From: Mobula hypostoma
Taxonomy: Eukaryota
Assembly (NCBI RefSeq): GCF_963921235.1
Contig: NC_086097.1
Span: 87,422,001 to 87,486,000 of the forward strand
Length of the DNA stretch: 64,000 bases
Direction of reading: 5' to 3'
The notes under the pieces are model-generated. The model saw only the letters and a program-made list of their open reading frames with translations. It made no database searches and was not told the DNA's origin. Positions 52,655-64,000 of the stretch are shown in pieces. The position numbers and the translations under genes are program-made. Numbering within the stretch: the stretch's first letter is position 1; the number at the start of each line of letters is the position of its first letter.

Positions 52655-53705
52655 CCACATAAAGAGTGGGAATAAACGGGACCTTTTCAGAATGGCAGGC
52701 AGTGACTAGTGGGGTACCACAAGGCTCAGTGCTGGGACCCCAGTTGTTTACAATATATATTAATGACTTAGATGAGGGAAGTAAATGGAGCATCTCCAAG
52801 TTTGCGGATGACACTAAGCTGGGCGGCAGTGTTAGCTGTGAGGAGGATGCTAAGAGGATACAGTGTGACTTGGATAGGTTAGATGAGTGGGTATATTCAT
52901 GGCAGATGCAATTTAATGTGGATTAATGTGGTGGCAAAAACAGGAAAACAGATTATTATCTGAATGGTGGCTGATTAGGAAAAGGGGAGGTGCAACGAGA
53001 CCTGGGTGTCATTGTACACCAGTCATTGAAAGTGGGCATGCAGGTACAGCAGGCAGTGAAAAAGGCGAATGGTATGCTGGCATTCATAGCAAGATAATTC
53101 AAGTACAGGAGCAGGGAGGTACTACTACAGTTGTACAAGGCCTTGGTGAGACAACACCTGGAGTATTGTGTGCAGTTTTGGTCCCCTAATCTGAGGAAAG
53201 ACATTCTTACCATAGAGGGAGTACAAAGAAGGTTCACCAGATTGATTCCTGGGATGGCAGGATTTTCATATGATGAAAGACTGGATCGACTAGGCTTATA
53301 CTCGCTGGAATTTAGAAGATTGAGGGGGGATCTTATTGAAATGTATAAAATCCTAAAGGGATTGGACAGACTAGATGTAGGAAGATTGTTCCCGATGTTG
53401 GGGAAGTCCAGAACGAGGTGTCACATTTTAAGGATAAAGGGGAAGCCTTTTAGGACCAAGATGAGGAAAAACTTCTTCACACAGAGAGTGGTGAATCTGT
53501 GGAATTCTCTGCCACAGGAAACAGTTGAGGCCAGTTCATTGGCTATATTTAAGAGGGAGTTAAATATGGCCCTCGTGGCTAAAGGGATCGGGGGTATGGA
53601 GAGAAGGCAGGTACAGGGTTCTGAGTTGGATGATCAGCCATGATCATACTGAATGGCGGTGCAGGCTTGAAGGGCTGAATGGCCTACTCCTGCACCTATT
53701 GTCTA
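52655..53705 (+). mobile_element. CR1 LINE 3' part replacing the L1 3' region
   Basis: SGVPQGSVLGPQLF, KFADDTKL, LEYCVQFWSP, RRLRGDLIE; tail CTATTGTCTATG. Confidence 0.93.
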
Positions 53706-54138
53706 TGTTTCTAAGGGTATTTCACATCTAAAGATGTCTTGTAGGGCATTGTGTATCCCACTCCAATAGTCTTTGATAACGGGGCATTCCCAGAAAATAT
53801 GATAATGGTCTGCATTTTGATTTCCACAATTTCGCCAGCAAACAGGGAGGCTACTTTCATAATGGGATTTCTGAGAGGGTGTAATAAAATATCCTATCAA
53901 GTTTTTCCACCTGAACTCCCTCCATTTCTGTGAACTGGTACACTTCCATTGATACCTCCATATTATTGTCCATTCTTCCTCAGATATTATTATCCCTCCT
54001 TCCTTCTCCCATTTTGTTTTAATGTATGAAGTCGAATGTGTTTTAAGATTTGACAAACCCTTATACACGCTTGAAATTATTCTACTACCGTTGTCTGAAT
54101 TATATGCTTTTCTAAATAGCTCTATCAGACATGTACTT

Positions 54139-54243
54139 CCTTCAGTTAGTCCTGACGAAGGGTCTCGGCCTGAAACGTCGACTGCGCCGCTTCCTATAGA
54201 TGCTGCCTGGCCTGCTGCGTTCACCAGCAACTTTGATGTATGT
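54139..54243 (+). mobile_element. 105 bp Penelope pLTR mini-insert in L1 ORF2
   Basis: TACTT is duplicated at 54134-54138 and 54244-54248. Removing the insert restores L1 NVTKASTCLIELF. Confidence 0.92.
54148..54183 (+). ncRNA. Minimal type I hammerhead ribozyme motif (intact core)
   Basis: Stem I AGTC/GACT; CTGACGA 54152-54158; stem II AGG/CCT; GAAA 54172-54175; GUC cleavage triplet ending at 54179. Confidence 0.8.
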
Positions 54244-54847
54244 TACTTGCCTTGGTTACATTTCTAACCATCCTATTAACATACTGTCGCATCTGTAAAT
54301 ATCGATAAAAGTCTTGTTTTTCTAATAAGTGTTTCTCTTTGAGCATTTCAAAACTGAACAGTGTTCCTTCTTTCATTATATTGCAAATAGCTGTTATTCC
54401 TTCAACTGTCCAGTCCTTAAATCTAGCATCCAGTATGTTTGGTGTAAAATCCGAGTCATATGCACACCATTTAAGGATTGCAATGTCTCTCTCTAGTTTA
54501 TATTCTTTTATAATAGTTTTCCATATTTTGAGTCCATTTCACCCATGGGTTATCAATAGTATTTAAGCAACTTTGTAGGTTGTTATCAACCAAAATTGCC
54601 TATATGGGGATGTAAAGTATCCTCTCCTCAATGTTTTTCCATTGAGCGTCATATGACGGGTTGCACCAGCATATCACAACTCTCAATTGTGCTGCAAAAT
54701 AATAATCTCTAAGAGAAGGTAGGCCCCATCCCCCTTTTCCTTGGCTAATTGCAAATTTTTGAGATGAACTCTAGGTCTTTTACCTTGCCATATGTATCTT
54801 GATAGCATCTTGTTCAATTCATTGAATTGATTTTAGTTAATCTCTAT

Positions 54848-55449
54848 TAACGCTCAGCTGTATCGGCTCGTATATCGGACTAGGGGAAACCCCATCCGCC
54901 GCCCAACCTTGTCTCTCGGTTACGTCGGTTGCTGTGCAATGCCGCCTGATACGGCCTCAAACATCAAATATCAGACAGCACACAATGTACATTTTACAAA
55001 TTACACTTTATAAATCTTACTAGGACTAGGAGATTAATAGAGGTACAATACAAAAGGGAATGAAAAAAAAGGCACCAGATTTATCAAAGTTCAATGTGTT
55101 CATGCACACAGTTGGAGCTCGGGACCTTCCTTCTTCACCCTGCGATCCACTCCGACCCACTTGACTCGCAGCTCGGAACCACCGGAAGTGATCGACCAGC
55201 GCACTCCCAGCACTTCTGTCTTCCTCCCGGTCTCTCCTCCAACTCCCCGCCAAAACCCCCGTTTCCCAGCCATATGAGACAGCATATCACCCAAAGAAAG
55301 AATAACATGGACACCCATTGGTTCATTTGCTCTCTTATCAATAGATAACCCAAACAAACCGCAGCGAGAGAACCTTCTCAGCATTTAACATCACAATGAA
55401 GACATTTTGATTAACATACACAGTAACATAAAAGAAGAAATCCCTTACA
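54848..55449 (-). mobile_element. Probable solo LTR inserted in L1 ORF2
   Basis: GC-richer ~600 bp block splitting LFQTLP/IEIN. Minus strand starts TGTAAGGG and ends GCGTTA; the final CA and a TSD are not clear. Confidence 0.7.
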
Positions 55450-58400
55450 GTAGGGTCTGAAAGAGATATAGTAGTCTGGGCAGTATATTCATTTTAATAG
55501 ATTCAATCCTTGAACTGAGACCAAGAAAAGAAATCAGGTTCCATCTTGTTATATCTTCCTTAATTTTTTATATATAGGCTGATAATTGCATTCTGATAAT
55601 TTTGCCAAATCTTTTGGCATAGTGATGCCCAAATATTTGACGGACTTTGTTTGCCATGCTCAAGGATATCTGCTTTCAATTTCTCTTGGTGGGCTATAGT
55701 TATATGAAAGTAATTGGGTTTTATCTATGTCGATCTTGTATCCTGATAATTGGCCATATTGTTCAATAGATTGCATCAACTTAGGTAAAGAGTATGTTGG
55801 TTGCCCCAGATAGATCAAAATGTCATCCATGTAACAGGCCAATTTGTGCTCTGTCCCTTTAATAGTAATTCCCCTGATATCTTCATTTTGTCTGATGTAT
55901 TGAGCTAATGGTTCCAAATATAATGCGAAGAGTAGCGGTGACCATGCACAACCCTGTCTCGTGCCCCTTTCTAGGGTAAAACTATTAGATAAATATCCAT
56001 TGATTTTAATCCTAGCAGTAGGATTCTCGTATAGTGCCTGTATAGTTTTAATAATTGTGTCATGTAGACCAAATCTATGTAAAACTCTTGTAAAGAAAAA
56101 TCCAATTAACTGAATCAAATGCCTTTTCAGCATCCACGCTTATCACTATTGCTTCAATTTCATTTTTCTATATGATCCATAATGTGAAGTGTCCTTCGTA
56201 TATTGTCTTGTCTTTGGCGTTGTTGTATAAAACCTGTCTGATCATTATGTATCAGTGTGGGTAGAAACTCTTCTAATCGTTTGGCCATAATGGAGGTAAA
56301 TATTCTATAATCCACATTAAGAACAGTTATTGGTCTAAATGACTCACATTCCATGTTATCCTTGCCTTCTTTCGGTAGAGCTGAGATTATCGCCTCCTTC
56401 CAGCTGGGTGGCATTTGCGCCTTTCTCAGGGCCAAGTTCAGTGTGGGGAGTAAAACAGGAATTAACTCATTTCTAAATTCCCTATACCACTCTGCGGTAT
56501 ATCCATCTGATCCTGGTGACTTGCTTAATTTAAGCCTACTAATTGCAGTTTTTAGTTCAGCTTCAGTTATGTCAGCAGTCATCATGTTATTTTGTTCTTT
56601 GCTTAAAGTGGGTAACTCTAAACAATTCAGGAAGGTGTCAATCTGGGCTATGTTTCCCCTTGGAGCTTTGGAATATAGAGTTTTGTAAAACATTTCAAAA
56701 GCTTCTTGAATTTCACTTAGCTTATTTTTTATCACTTTTGTTCTTGGATCCCTAATTCTATGAATTGTATTTCCTGTTTTCATTTTTTTCAGTTTCCACG
56801 CCAGTATTTTCATAGATTTAGATCCACTTTCATAGTGTCTCTGTTTCAGAAACATTAATTTTTTTCTAATTTCTTGTGTAGCCAAATTATTAATTTAATT
56901 CCTAATTTTTAAAATTTCCTCTTGTGTATCCTGTTCCAAACTCAATTTGTGTTTTTTTCTAGTTCCTTGAGCTTATTTTGTAATTCCTTTAATGTTTTAT
57001 TCCTTTTTTTTATATGAAGTTATCACTATAATTTTCCCTCTTAAGACAGCCTTCATAGTATCCCATAAAATGGGAAGTGAAGCCTCTCCATTATCATTGA
57101 ATTCTAAGTAAAGTCTAATTTCTTTTTTAATTTGTTCCTTAAAATAGAAATCATTGAGTAGACTTGAATTTAGTTTCCAAGTAGTATTCTTTGGTTGTAG
57201 GTCAAAATCAACAGATAAATATATAGGTGCATGGTCACTTACATCTATTGTCCTACTCAAAAAGAGTGTTAACTTTCTTATGTAAGGACTTCGTTTCATA
57301 AATTTTTTTACTGGAAGAGTCTAGCTTCGGTTGTAACCGTAAATTTAAGTCTCCCCCACATATCAAGAAACCTTCTGTTTCCGTTACCATAATATTAGTA
57401 ATTTTCTGGAAGAAACTACATCACTTCCTGTGAGTCCGTATATATTCAATAAAGTAACTGGATTTCCATCTATGTTCCCCCTTACCAGAATATATCTGAC
57501 ATCCTTATCTCCCATTTCGAATACTTTTTCAAAAGTTAGTTTGCTTGAGATGAGAATAGCAACTCCTCGTTTATGTCCTGATTTATATGAGGAGAAAAAC
57601 AAATTAGTGAAGCCCATTCTCTTTAATTTTCCATGCTCATTATCACTTAAGTGAGTTTCCTGTAAATATACTACATGGGCATGTTCTTTTTTTCATTTTT
57701 GATAGAATTTTACTTCGTTTGATTGGATTTAACAGCCCATTGACATTAAAAGAAATGAATTTTACTTTGTCCTTAGCCATGTGTATTTATCTGTTAGTAT
57801 ATCATTGAAATTTGCAAAATATAACTTAATCAATCTACTCCCTGAACAAATAAGAACCAAGAAACAGGAATAATAAAAAAAAAGGTAACGAAGGTGTGAT
57901 TCCAAGGCTGGGGTCTCTAGATGTCCCTGGGTTGAGGTAGAGGAAATGTCCAGCCGTGGGGGATAGCTCTTCCTAGTTGAGGGCCCCCGCTGCAGTATCT
58001 ATAAAAGTAATTTAAAACATCTATGTCCATTACACAGAAATGATTTCCCTGTGTATTCCCCCCATATATATGTATTCTCATTTAGGTGGGAAAAAAGGAG
58101 TGAATGAATGAATAAAACAAATTGAGTAATATAAAATCCACATTATAATATGTATTTCTTGAGATAAGTATATCACCATCTATTTTTGCTGCCGTTCAGT
58201 TTATCAGCACTTTTAAAGTTAGCCAAACCTTATGGCTCTTCTGGAGAGGTGGGAGCTGTCTTCAGAGAATCCACAGTCTCTTTCTAATATCCTTCCCTTG
58301 TCCTCCTCCCGTCCCCTGCTTTCTCGGTTCCCTTACTATTTCCCCAGCCAGTCTTTCTCTTGGTTTGACCATGCTAACAGGCAGTCCTCTGTTCTTCATG

Positions 58401-60416
58401 TCTGTAGTCACCTCTTCCACTGTCTGATATAGCTTTATCTCTCCTTTGTAAAATACTTTCAGTTTAACGGGGTACCGGGTTTGGAATTTAATCTTTTCTT
58501 GCTTTAATATTTGTTTCACTTCGGAATATTCCTTCCCCTTCTGTAGGACAACCGGGGGGGTAATCATGATCGAAATATATTAACTTCCCGTTCCAAAACA
58601 CCCTCTTCTTACCCCAGGCCCTTCGTAGAATCTCCACCTTGCTCTTGAATCGAAGGAATTTAAGTACTATTGAGCGCAGCTTACTTTCTCTGTCTCCGGG
58701 AGGCCTCTGGACAATCGCACGGTGCGCCCTCTCAATTTCAATCTCCTTAGTCAGGGGAATCTCCAGCGCGTCCCGCAGCAGCTTTTCTACAAACTCCGTC
58801 ATCGACAATCCTTCCGTTCCTTCAGGAACATTATAAATCCTGATATTTTTCTTTCGCGATCTTCCCTCTTGGTCAAGCAATTTACTTTCCTGTTGATTTA
58901 ATATTTTTATCATCTTACTTAGTATCTGTTCCACGTTTTCCACGCAACCTTCCACCTTCTCAATTCAAGTCTCTGCCACCGCTACTTTCTGATTGACGTT
59001 GGCGAGCTCTGACTTGATATCATTGAGTTGCTGCTTTATATCTTTTTGGACTTCCCTAATCTCTTCCAAAATCCTCATCATATTTGCCGCTTCACCTGAA
59101 TGAGACCCAGCGTCAGCTTCGCCACCACGCACACGTGTAGGAGAGCCGCGCGTTGTACCTCTCTCTTCCATAGGCTCTGCAGTGATGCTTTTTTTTATCT
59201 CCATTCTTGCCCCCCTTATCAATTCAGATGTTTTCAAAGATCTTATATTTGATGGATTAACGGGGCAAAATATGTGTTTTTCCGGAGGAGCTGTTGATTT
59301 AAGCTGCCATTCTGGACGATGACATCACCAGAACCCACTATTCTAAAATTCTAATATGCATACAAGGCTCAGGAGAACCCAGCAACAAATTCTAACTGGA
59401 ACGTTGAGCTTTACCTTAGTGTTAAAGCACCCACCTTACAGGTCCCACTGCCAGAGAACCCAAGACTGACCAGACTGGTAAATTTCCATTATTACTGAGA
59501 ATCACCTCTCCGCCAAAATCCCATCACTAGTGATGACTCTACCCCAAATATCCTGCCCCTTGTACTTCTCTGGCTTCATTCACATTTTTCAAACCTTACA
59601 ATAATACAGCTCTTTAATTAAATGTTCAATCACCATTCCTGATTTTCTGCCAATCACTTGCTCCATTTATCCTCTTAAGGAACTTAAGATACTTTCTATG
59701 TTAGAAGGTCAAATTATTCCATTTCTGATTCTATCAATCAAATAATTCCTTGCTGGATCGGCACAATTAACAATTTATTTATCTTGGCACGTTTCTCACC
59801 AACACAACTCAGAGGCACTATTTCTAGTCCATTTGTGCTCTGAGAATGTTTGTTATTCTTAAGCTAACATTGATTAATAAGGAAATCCTTTGCAGCTTTG
59901 ATATGGTGAAGTTATCTAAAATCAATTCCCCATGGAGAGAAAATCCTTGGTTTTCTACAAAAGTACACCCAGGTTTTATTTAATAAGCTATGCAGATTCT
60001 ATTCCATATTGAGTTCATGTTGTTGCAAATTTAATAAATGTACAGAGAGGGAAATGAATGATTTGTGCTTAATTTAAAATCAGACAATTATGTGTCAGAA
60101 ATGTTTACAAATCTTATGATGGTTCAAGCTGGTAGTAGGAGAGAGGTATATGGCAGAAATGAACTATCTTAGCAGAAAGAACTGTTTCATGCCTTCCACT
60201 AGCTCCTTAGTACTAATTAGTTTGCATCCCAAAAGTAATTTTTTACTGTAGTTTGACTTTTTATCTATAGCTTCGTATATCATCATTGCTAGTGGTATGA
60301 ATGATAGCAGCCTTAATTTTTCTTCTGTTATAGGTTCCAACAGAAAATCAAAGCCTTTGCAGTCCGCAGCTTGGTATGTGTATATTTGAGAAACCATTGC
60401 AAAACAGTATCAGTAT

Positions 60417-60435
60417 CCCTCTCTCTCTCCCTCCC

Positions 60436-60510
<75 letters not shown>
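60417..60510. repeat. (CT)n microsatellite
   Basis: Long perfect CT run; explains the ER-repeat ORFs. Confidence 0.99.
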
Positions 60511-60515
<5 letters not shown>

Positions 60516-60711
60516 GAGAACATATATTCGTTTTGATAATGGGTTTTGAGAACATATCAATGACGGGGCAAGTGAAATTGAGTGGTTATCTCCTTTGGTT
60601 CAAGAGCCTGATGGTTGAGGGGTTATAACTGTTCCTGTACTTGGCTGGTGTGAGCTGCAGACAATTCAAGTAGCATGCATACTAGGGTGGAACAAGGCGA
60701 AACAGTATGTT

Positions 60712-61015
60712 GGGGTACCACGGTAGCATAGCGTTTAGCATGATATTGTTACAGCTCAGGGCCTCAGAATTTGGTGTTCAATCCCAGTATCCTCTCTAGG
60801 GAGTCTCGGTATGTCCTCCCTGTGGACTGTCTGGGTTTTCTCAGCATCTTCCGGTTTTCACCCGCAGTCCAAAGACATACCAGGCAGGTATATTGGTCAA
60901 TGCAAATTGTCCTGTGATTAGGTTAGGGTTTTATCAGGGTTGTCAGGAATTGCTAAGCAGTGCAGCTTGAAGGGCCAGAAGGGCCTCTTCCACTCTGTAT
61001 CTCAAAATAAAAAAA
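60712..61015 (+). mobile_element. V-SINE, diverged
   Basis: Homologous to 32413-32700 (CCGGTTTTCACCCGCAGTCCAAAGACATACC); A-rich tail. Confidence 0.85.
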
Positions 61016-61848
61016 ATATGATTTATACATAAGTTATACAAGATAAAAACTTGGCACATATTCGAGACTAACAAAGTTTTATGAGCACTTAGAACAAATG
61101 CACGGTAGACAGGGTGATGAAGAAGGTTTCTGAAGTACTGATCTTCATCAGACCAGAATCTGGGATGTTATGTTGCAGCTGTACAATATGTTGGTGAGGC
61201 TGCATTTGTAATACTGTATTGTGATCAGATTTTGGTTACCCTGCTCCAGCAAGGTTGTCATCATCCTGGAAAGAGTGCAGAGGAGATTTACAGGGATGTT
61301 GCCAGGATTCAAGGGATGAGAAGCTTGGTCCTTATGGGTTTCTGTGCTTTATGGCTCTATTTGTGAAAATGAGCAGCTACTGGAAACCTAAAGCTGATAC
61401 AGAAAGCATTGAAAACATGCAGCATCTGCAGGGAGTGAAATGGAGTTAATATTTCAGAATTGGAAGAAGTTAGTATATTGACCAGTTTATAAGGACCAAG
61501 CATAAAAATGTGAGGTAGTGAGGACAGATGTGTGGGAAATGGGATGGTCATGATCATAGTGGCAAGGAATTCTGCATTGGAGGGGAAGGACATGTATCAA
61601 ATGAAATAAATGTATCCAATAATTTTAAAAAATGGTAGAATGAAATTGAGTCCTTATAGAAAGTAAATCGTGAGGGTATAATTGCGTAAGCTGTGGGAAT
61701 CAGTGGATTGTAGACAATGGTGGACAACCATGTGCAGAACTAGAGAGGGAGAGGTCAGTGAAAAGCTACATGAAAGCAAGAAAGCGAGTACAAATGCAAG
61801 CAAACATGTTGATATTTTTCATCTTGGGAAGACAGGAGGTCAATGAAG

Positions 61849-62036
61849 CTAACACACAAAAAATGCTGGAGGAACACAGCAGGCCAGGCAGTATCTATGG
61901 AAAAAAGCACAGTCAGCATTTCAGCCCGAAATGTCGACTGTACTTTTTTCCATAGGTGCTGCCTGGCCTGCTGAGTTCCTCCAGCATTTTGTGTTTGTTG
62001 CTTGGATTTTCAGCATCTGCAGATTTTCTCTTGACT
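61849..62036. mobile_element. Palindromic insert made of two inverted pLTR halves
   Basis: Arms ~61852-61922 and ~61928-61998 are reverse complements. GAGRTCAATGAAG is duplicated at 61836-61848 and 62037-62049. Confidence 0.85.
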
Positions 62037-63049
62037 GAGATCAATGAAGGATGTGTTTAAGAAAATTATTCTAAAGGTGCTGAAGGCACTAGAATTTTGT
62101 TGGCAGGAGAGAAAGATCCCTGAAGGCAATATTCCAGATTTAACAAAATGGTGATTGATCTGATATATGAAAAAAGGCTACCTTCAGGTTAAACAAAATG
62201 TGAGAATTTGCCAGAATTCAACACAACCAGATTTGCTCCAGTGAGTATCCTGGAAAACATATGTAACTGCAGCCAGAAGTCAGGAGATGCTGATTAGCTT
62301 CAGGCCAGCATGGTAATGCATAATAATATTGAACAGTTTAAAAGCAGCTGTTTTTAGTAATAGGTAGATTATTAAACAAAATCGCCCAAGGTGAAGGGAA
62401 TCAAGCTCATAGCATATGGCGTTTTAGTTGTATTCTGACCTATTTTCAGAACATCAGGTTGCAAGGAAGATGAACATGTCCTGTAGACAATTTAGAGAAG
62501 AAACATAAAACATAGCTGATCCTTATAAATCTGAATTATGAAATTATTTTAAAATGGTTTATTCAACCTCAGTCTTCTAAAGATTTGTGGGGCAATCAAT
62601 GACATGGAAAGATAGATGCACTTTAAGCCAATTTAAGAGAGAAGAACAAGGAAAGGGGGTCAAAATGGTAAAAGCCAGATTTAAGAATGAGGATAATGAG
62701 GTTTCAGAGCTTCAATTTAACACTGATATTTTCATCTCCGAGTACGTAGGTGAAGCTCCCTCAGCAGATTCGTGAGCCTGGGAGGCTAAGCATGTTTTTT
62801 AAGTCCTGTGACTGACTGTGTTATTGCCAGGTTAGCCACATTAGGTACTAGTCTGCCTGGAATTATTTTGTCTGAATGTGAATGGCCAGATGAACATCTG
62901 CATCCCACCCCTTCCCCACCCTTGGCCCACCTTGACACAGCCTAAGAGATGTCAAGAAAAATGCATAAGGCTTCAATGAGCAATTAGTTCTTAAGCATTA
63001 TATCCACAGAATAAAACAGTGGCCTTTAATGCCTCTAAAATTGTTTGGA

Positions 63050-63900
63050 GCCACCAGAAATTGCACATGATGGAACTGGGAGGAATTAAACAGCAGAATA
63101 AATCAGTGGATTGAGCAGCATCTGTGAGAGTAAAGGAATCGTCAGTGTTTTGGGTCAAAATCATGCAAAGGACTAAGAGAGGAAATGGGAGTTACCTCAA
63201 ATAAAGAGGAGAGGAGGAGTGGTGAGGCAAGGCCAGAGGTGCTTGGTGCATAGAGGTGGGGTGAAGAATGATGGACAGATTGAGACAGGTAGTGGAGGAG
63301 AGGTGGAACTGGAAGTCAGAGGTAATGGGTGAAGTATATTGGGCAGATCAAGCCAAGTAAAGGAGGAGGCGTATTGGAGATGGGAGACAAAAGCATGTGG
63401 ATGGTAGATGGAGGCAGACAAATAAAAGAGGAAGGGAGTAAAATTGGGGGAGGGGAGCTAGGAGAGTGATAAGCAGGTACAGAAAAGTAGTAGTCTGATG
63501 CAGAACATGATGATGGGAACAATTAGGAGAGAGGTAAATGGCGGATGGAACCAGAACAAGAGAGGAGAGGGGAGAACCAAATGCTGAAGTAGGTGGAGGG
63601 AACTAGGATTGGGAGAGAAAAAAAATGGGTGATGGGGTCTGGGGTATGTTTAGAAAAGGGGGCAAAACTGAGAGGGCTAAAGGGTAATTAGATGGAGGAG
63701 GGAAGGGAATGGGAGAACACACCAGAGCTGAGACTTACCCAAAAATGGAAAATTAAATGTCATAACATTAGGTTGTAGAACACTGGCCGTGGAGAATGAT
63801 GTGAGAATAGGAGAAATTGATGTGAGAAATTGAAGAAGTATTCAACTGGGAGCTCAGCCTGGCCACTGCAGAAAGAGCAGAAAGAGTAGAGACTGGTCAG
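63050..63900 (-). mobile_element. Old Penelope-like 3' end/pLTR
   Basis: Purine-rich tract; minus-strand LQPNVMT matches the ORF end; degenerate pLTR at 63050-63180. Confidence 0.6.
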
Positions 63901-64000
63901 CTATCTGTGCTTTTTCTCATTAATCTAGAGGAGACCACATTGAATCAGAATCAGATTCAACTTTATTACCATTGACATATGACATGAAATTTGTTGTTTT

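Larger units (their letters stand above)
52585..59336 (-). mobile_element. Near full-length L1-clade LINE, decayed, with three nested inserts
   Basis: Short 5' UTR. ORF1 pieces EGRSRKKNIRIYNVPE, IEIERAHR, YPVKLKV. ORF2 starts at 57780 (MAKDKVKFISFNVNGL, YLQETH, SDHAP, KSPGSDG, RGTRQGC, YMDD, CWRNC...HIFWEC). AATAAA/A-rich tail at ~52585-52605. Confidence 0.93.

Noticed and set aside
60164..60397. 77 aa minus-strand ORF in unique DNA
   Set aside because: No recognisable domain or supported splice structure.
60328..60560. ER-repeat proteins
   Set aside because: Translation of a (CT)n microsatellite.

Overview
This is eukaryotic, AT-rich, repeat-dominated intergenic or intronic DNA. The repeat mix (V-SINEs, esterase-ORF1 CR1 LINEs, Rex1/Babar LINEs, Neptune-type Penelope elements) points to a vertebrate, most likely a cartilaginous fish; this is an inference. 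No intact host gene is recognisable. The window is a stack of nested, mostly decayed transposons: a Tc1 remnant, two Penelope-like elements plus many solo terminal-repeat pieces, a complete but dead Gypsy provirus with a PNMA-like gag (16391-25056), a chromodomain Gypsy (28852-35468), a near full-length L1 (about 52585-59336, minus strand), a Buster/hAT transposase remnant and MITE, several CR1 and Rex1 LINE fragments, and tRNA-derived SINEs. The most notable signal not visible in the ORF track is a family of minimal type I hammerhead ribozyme motifs in the Penelope terminal repeat. Perfect copies lie at 19097-19132 (minus) and 54148-54183. They also occur as tiny protein-free inserts flanked by short direct repeats, and older copies appear to have been inactivated by CpG decay. 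A few weak host-exon candidates are noted. Boundaries supported by TSDs, TIRs or LTR termini were read base by base; the others are approximate.
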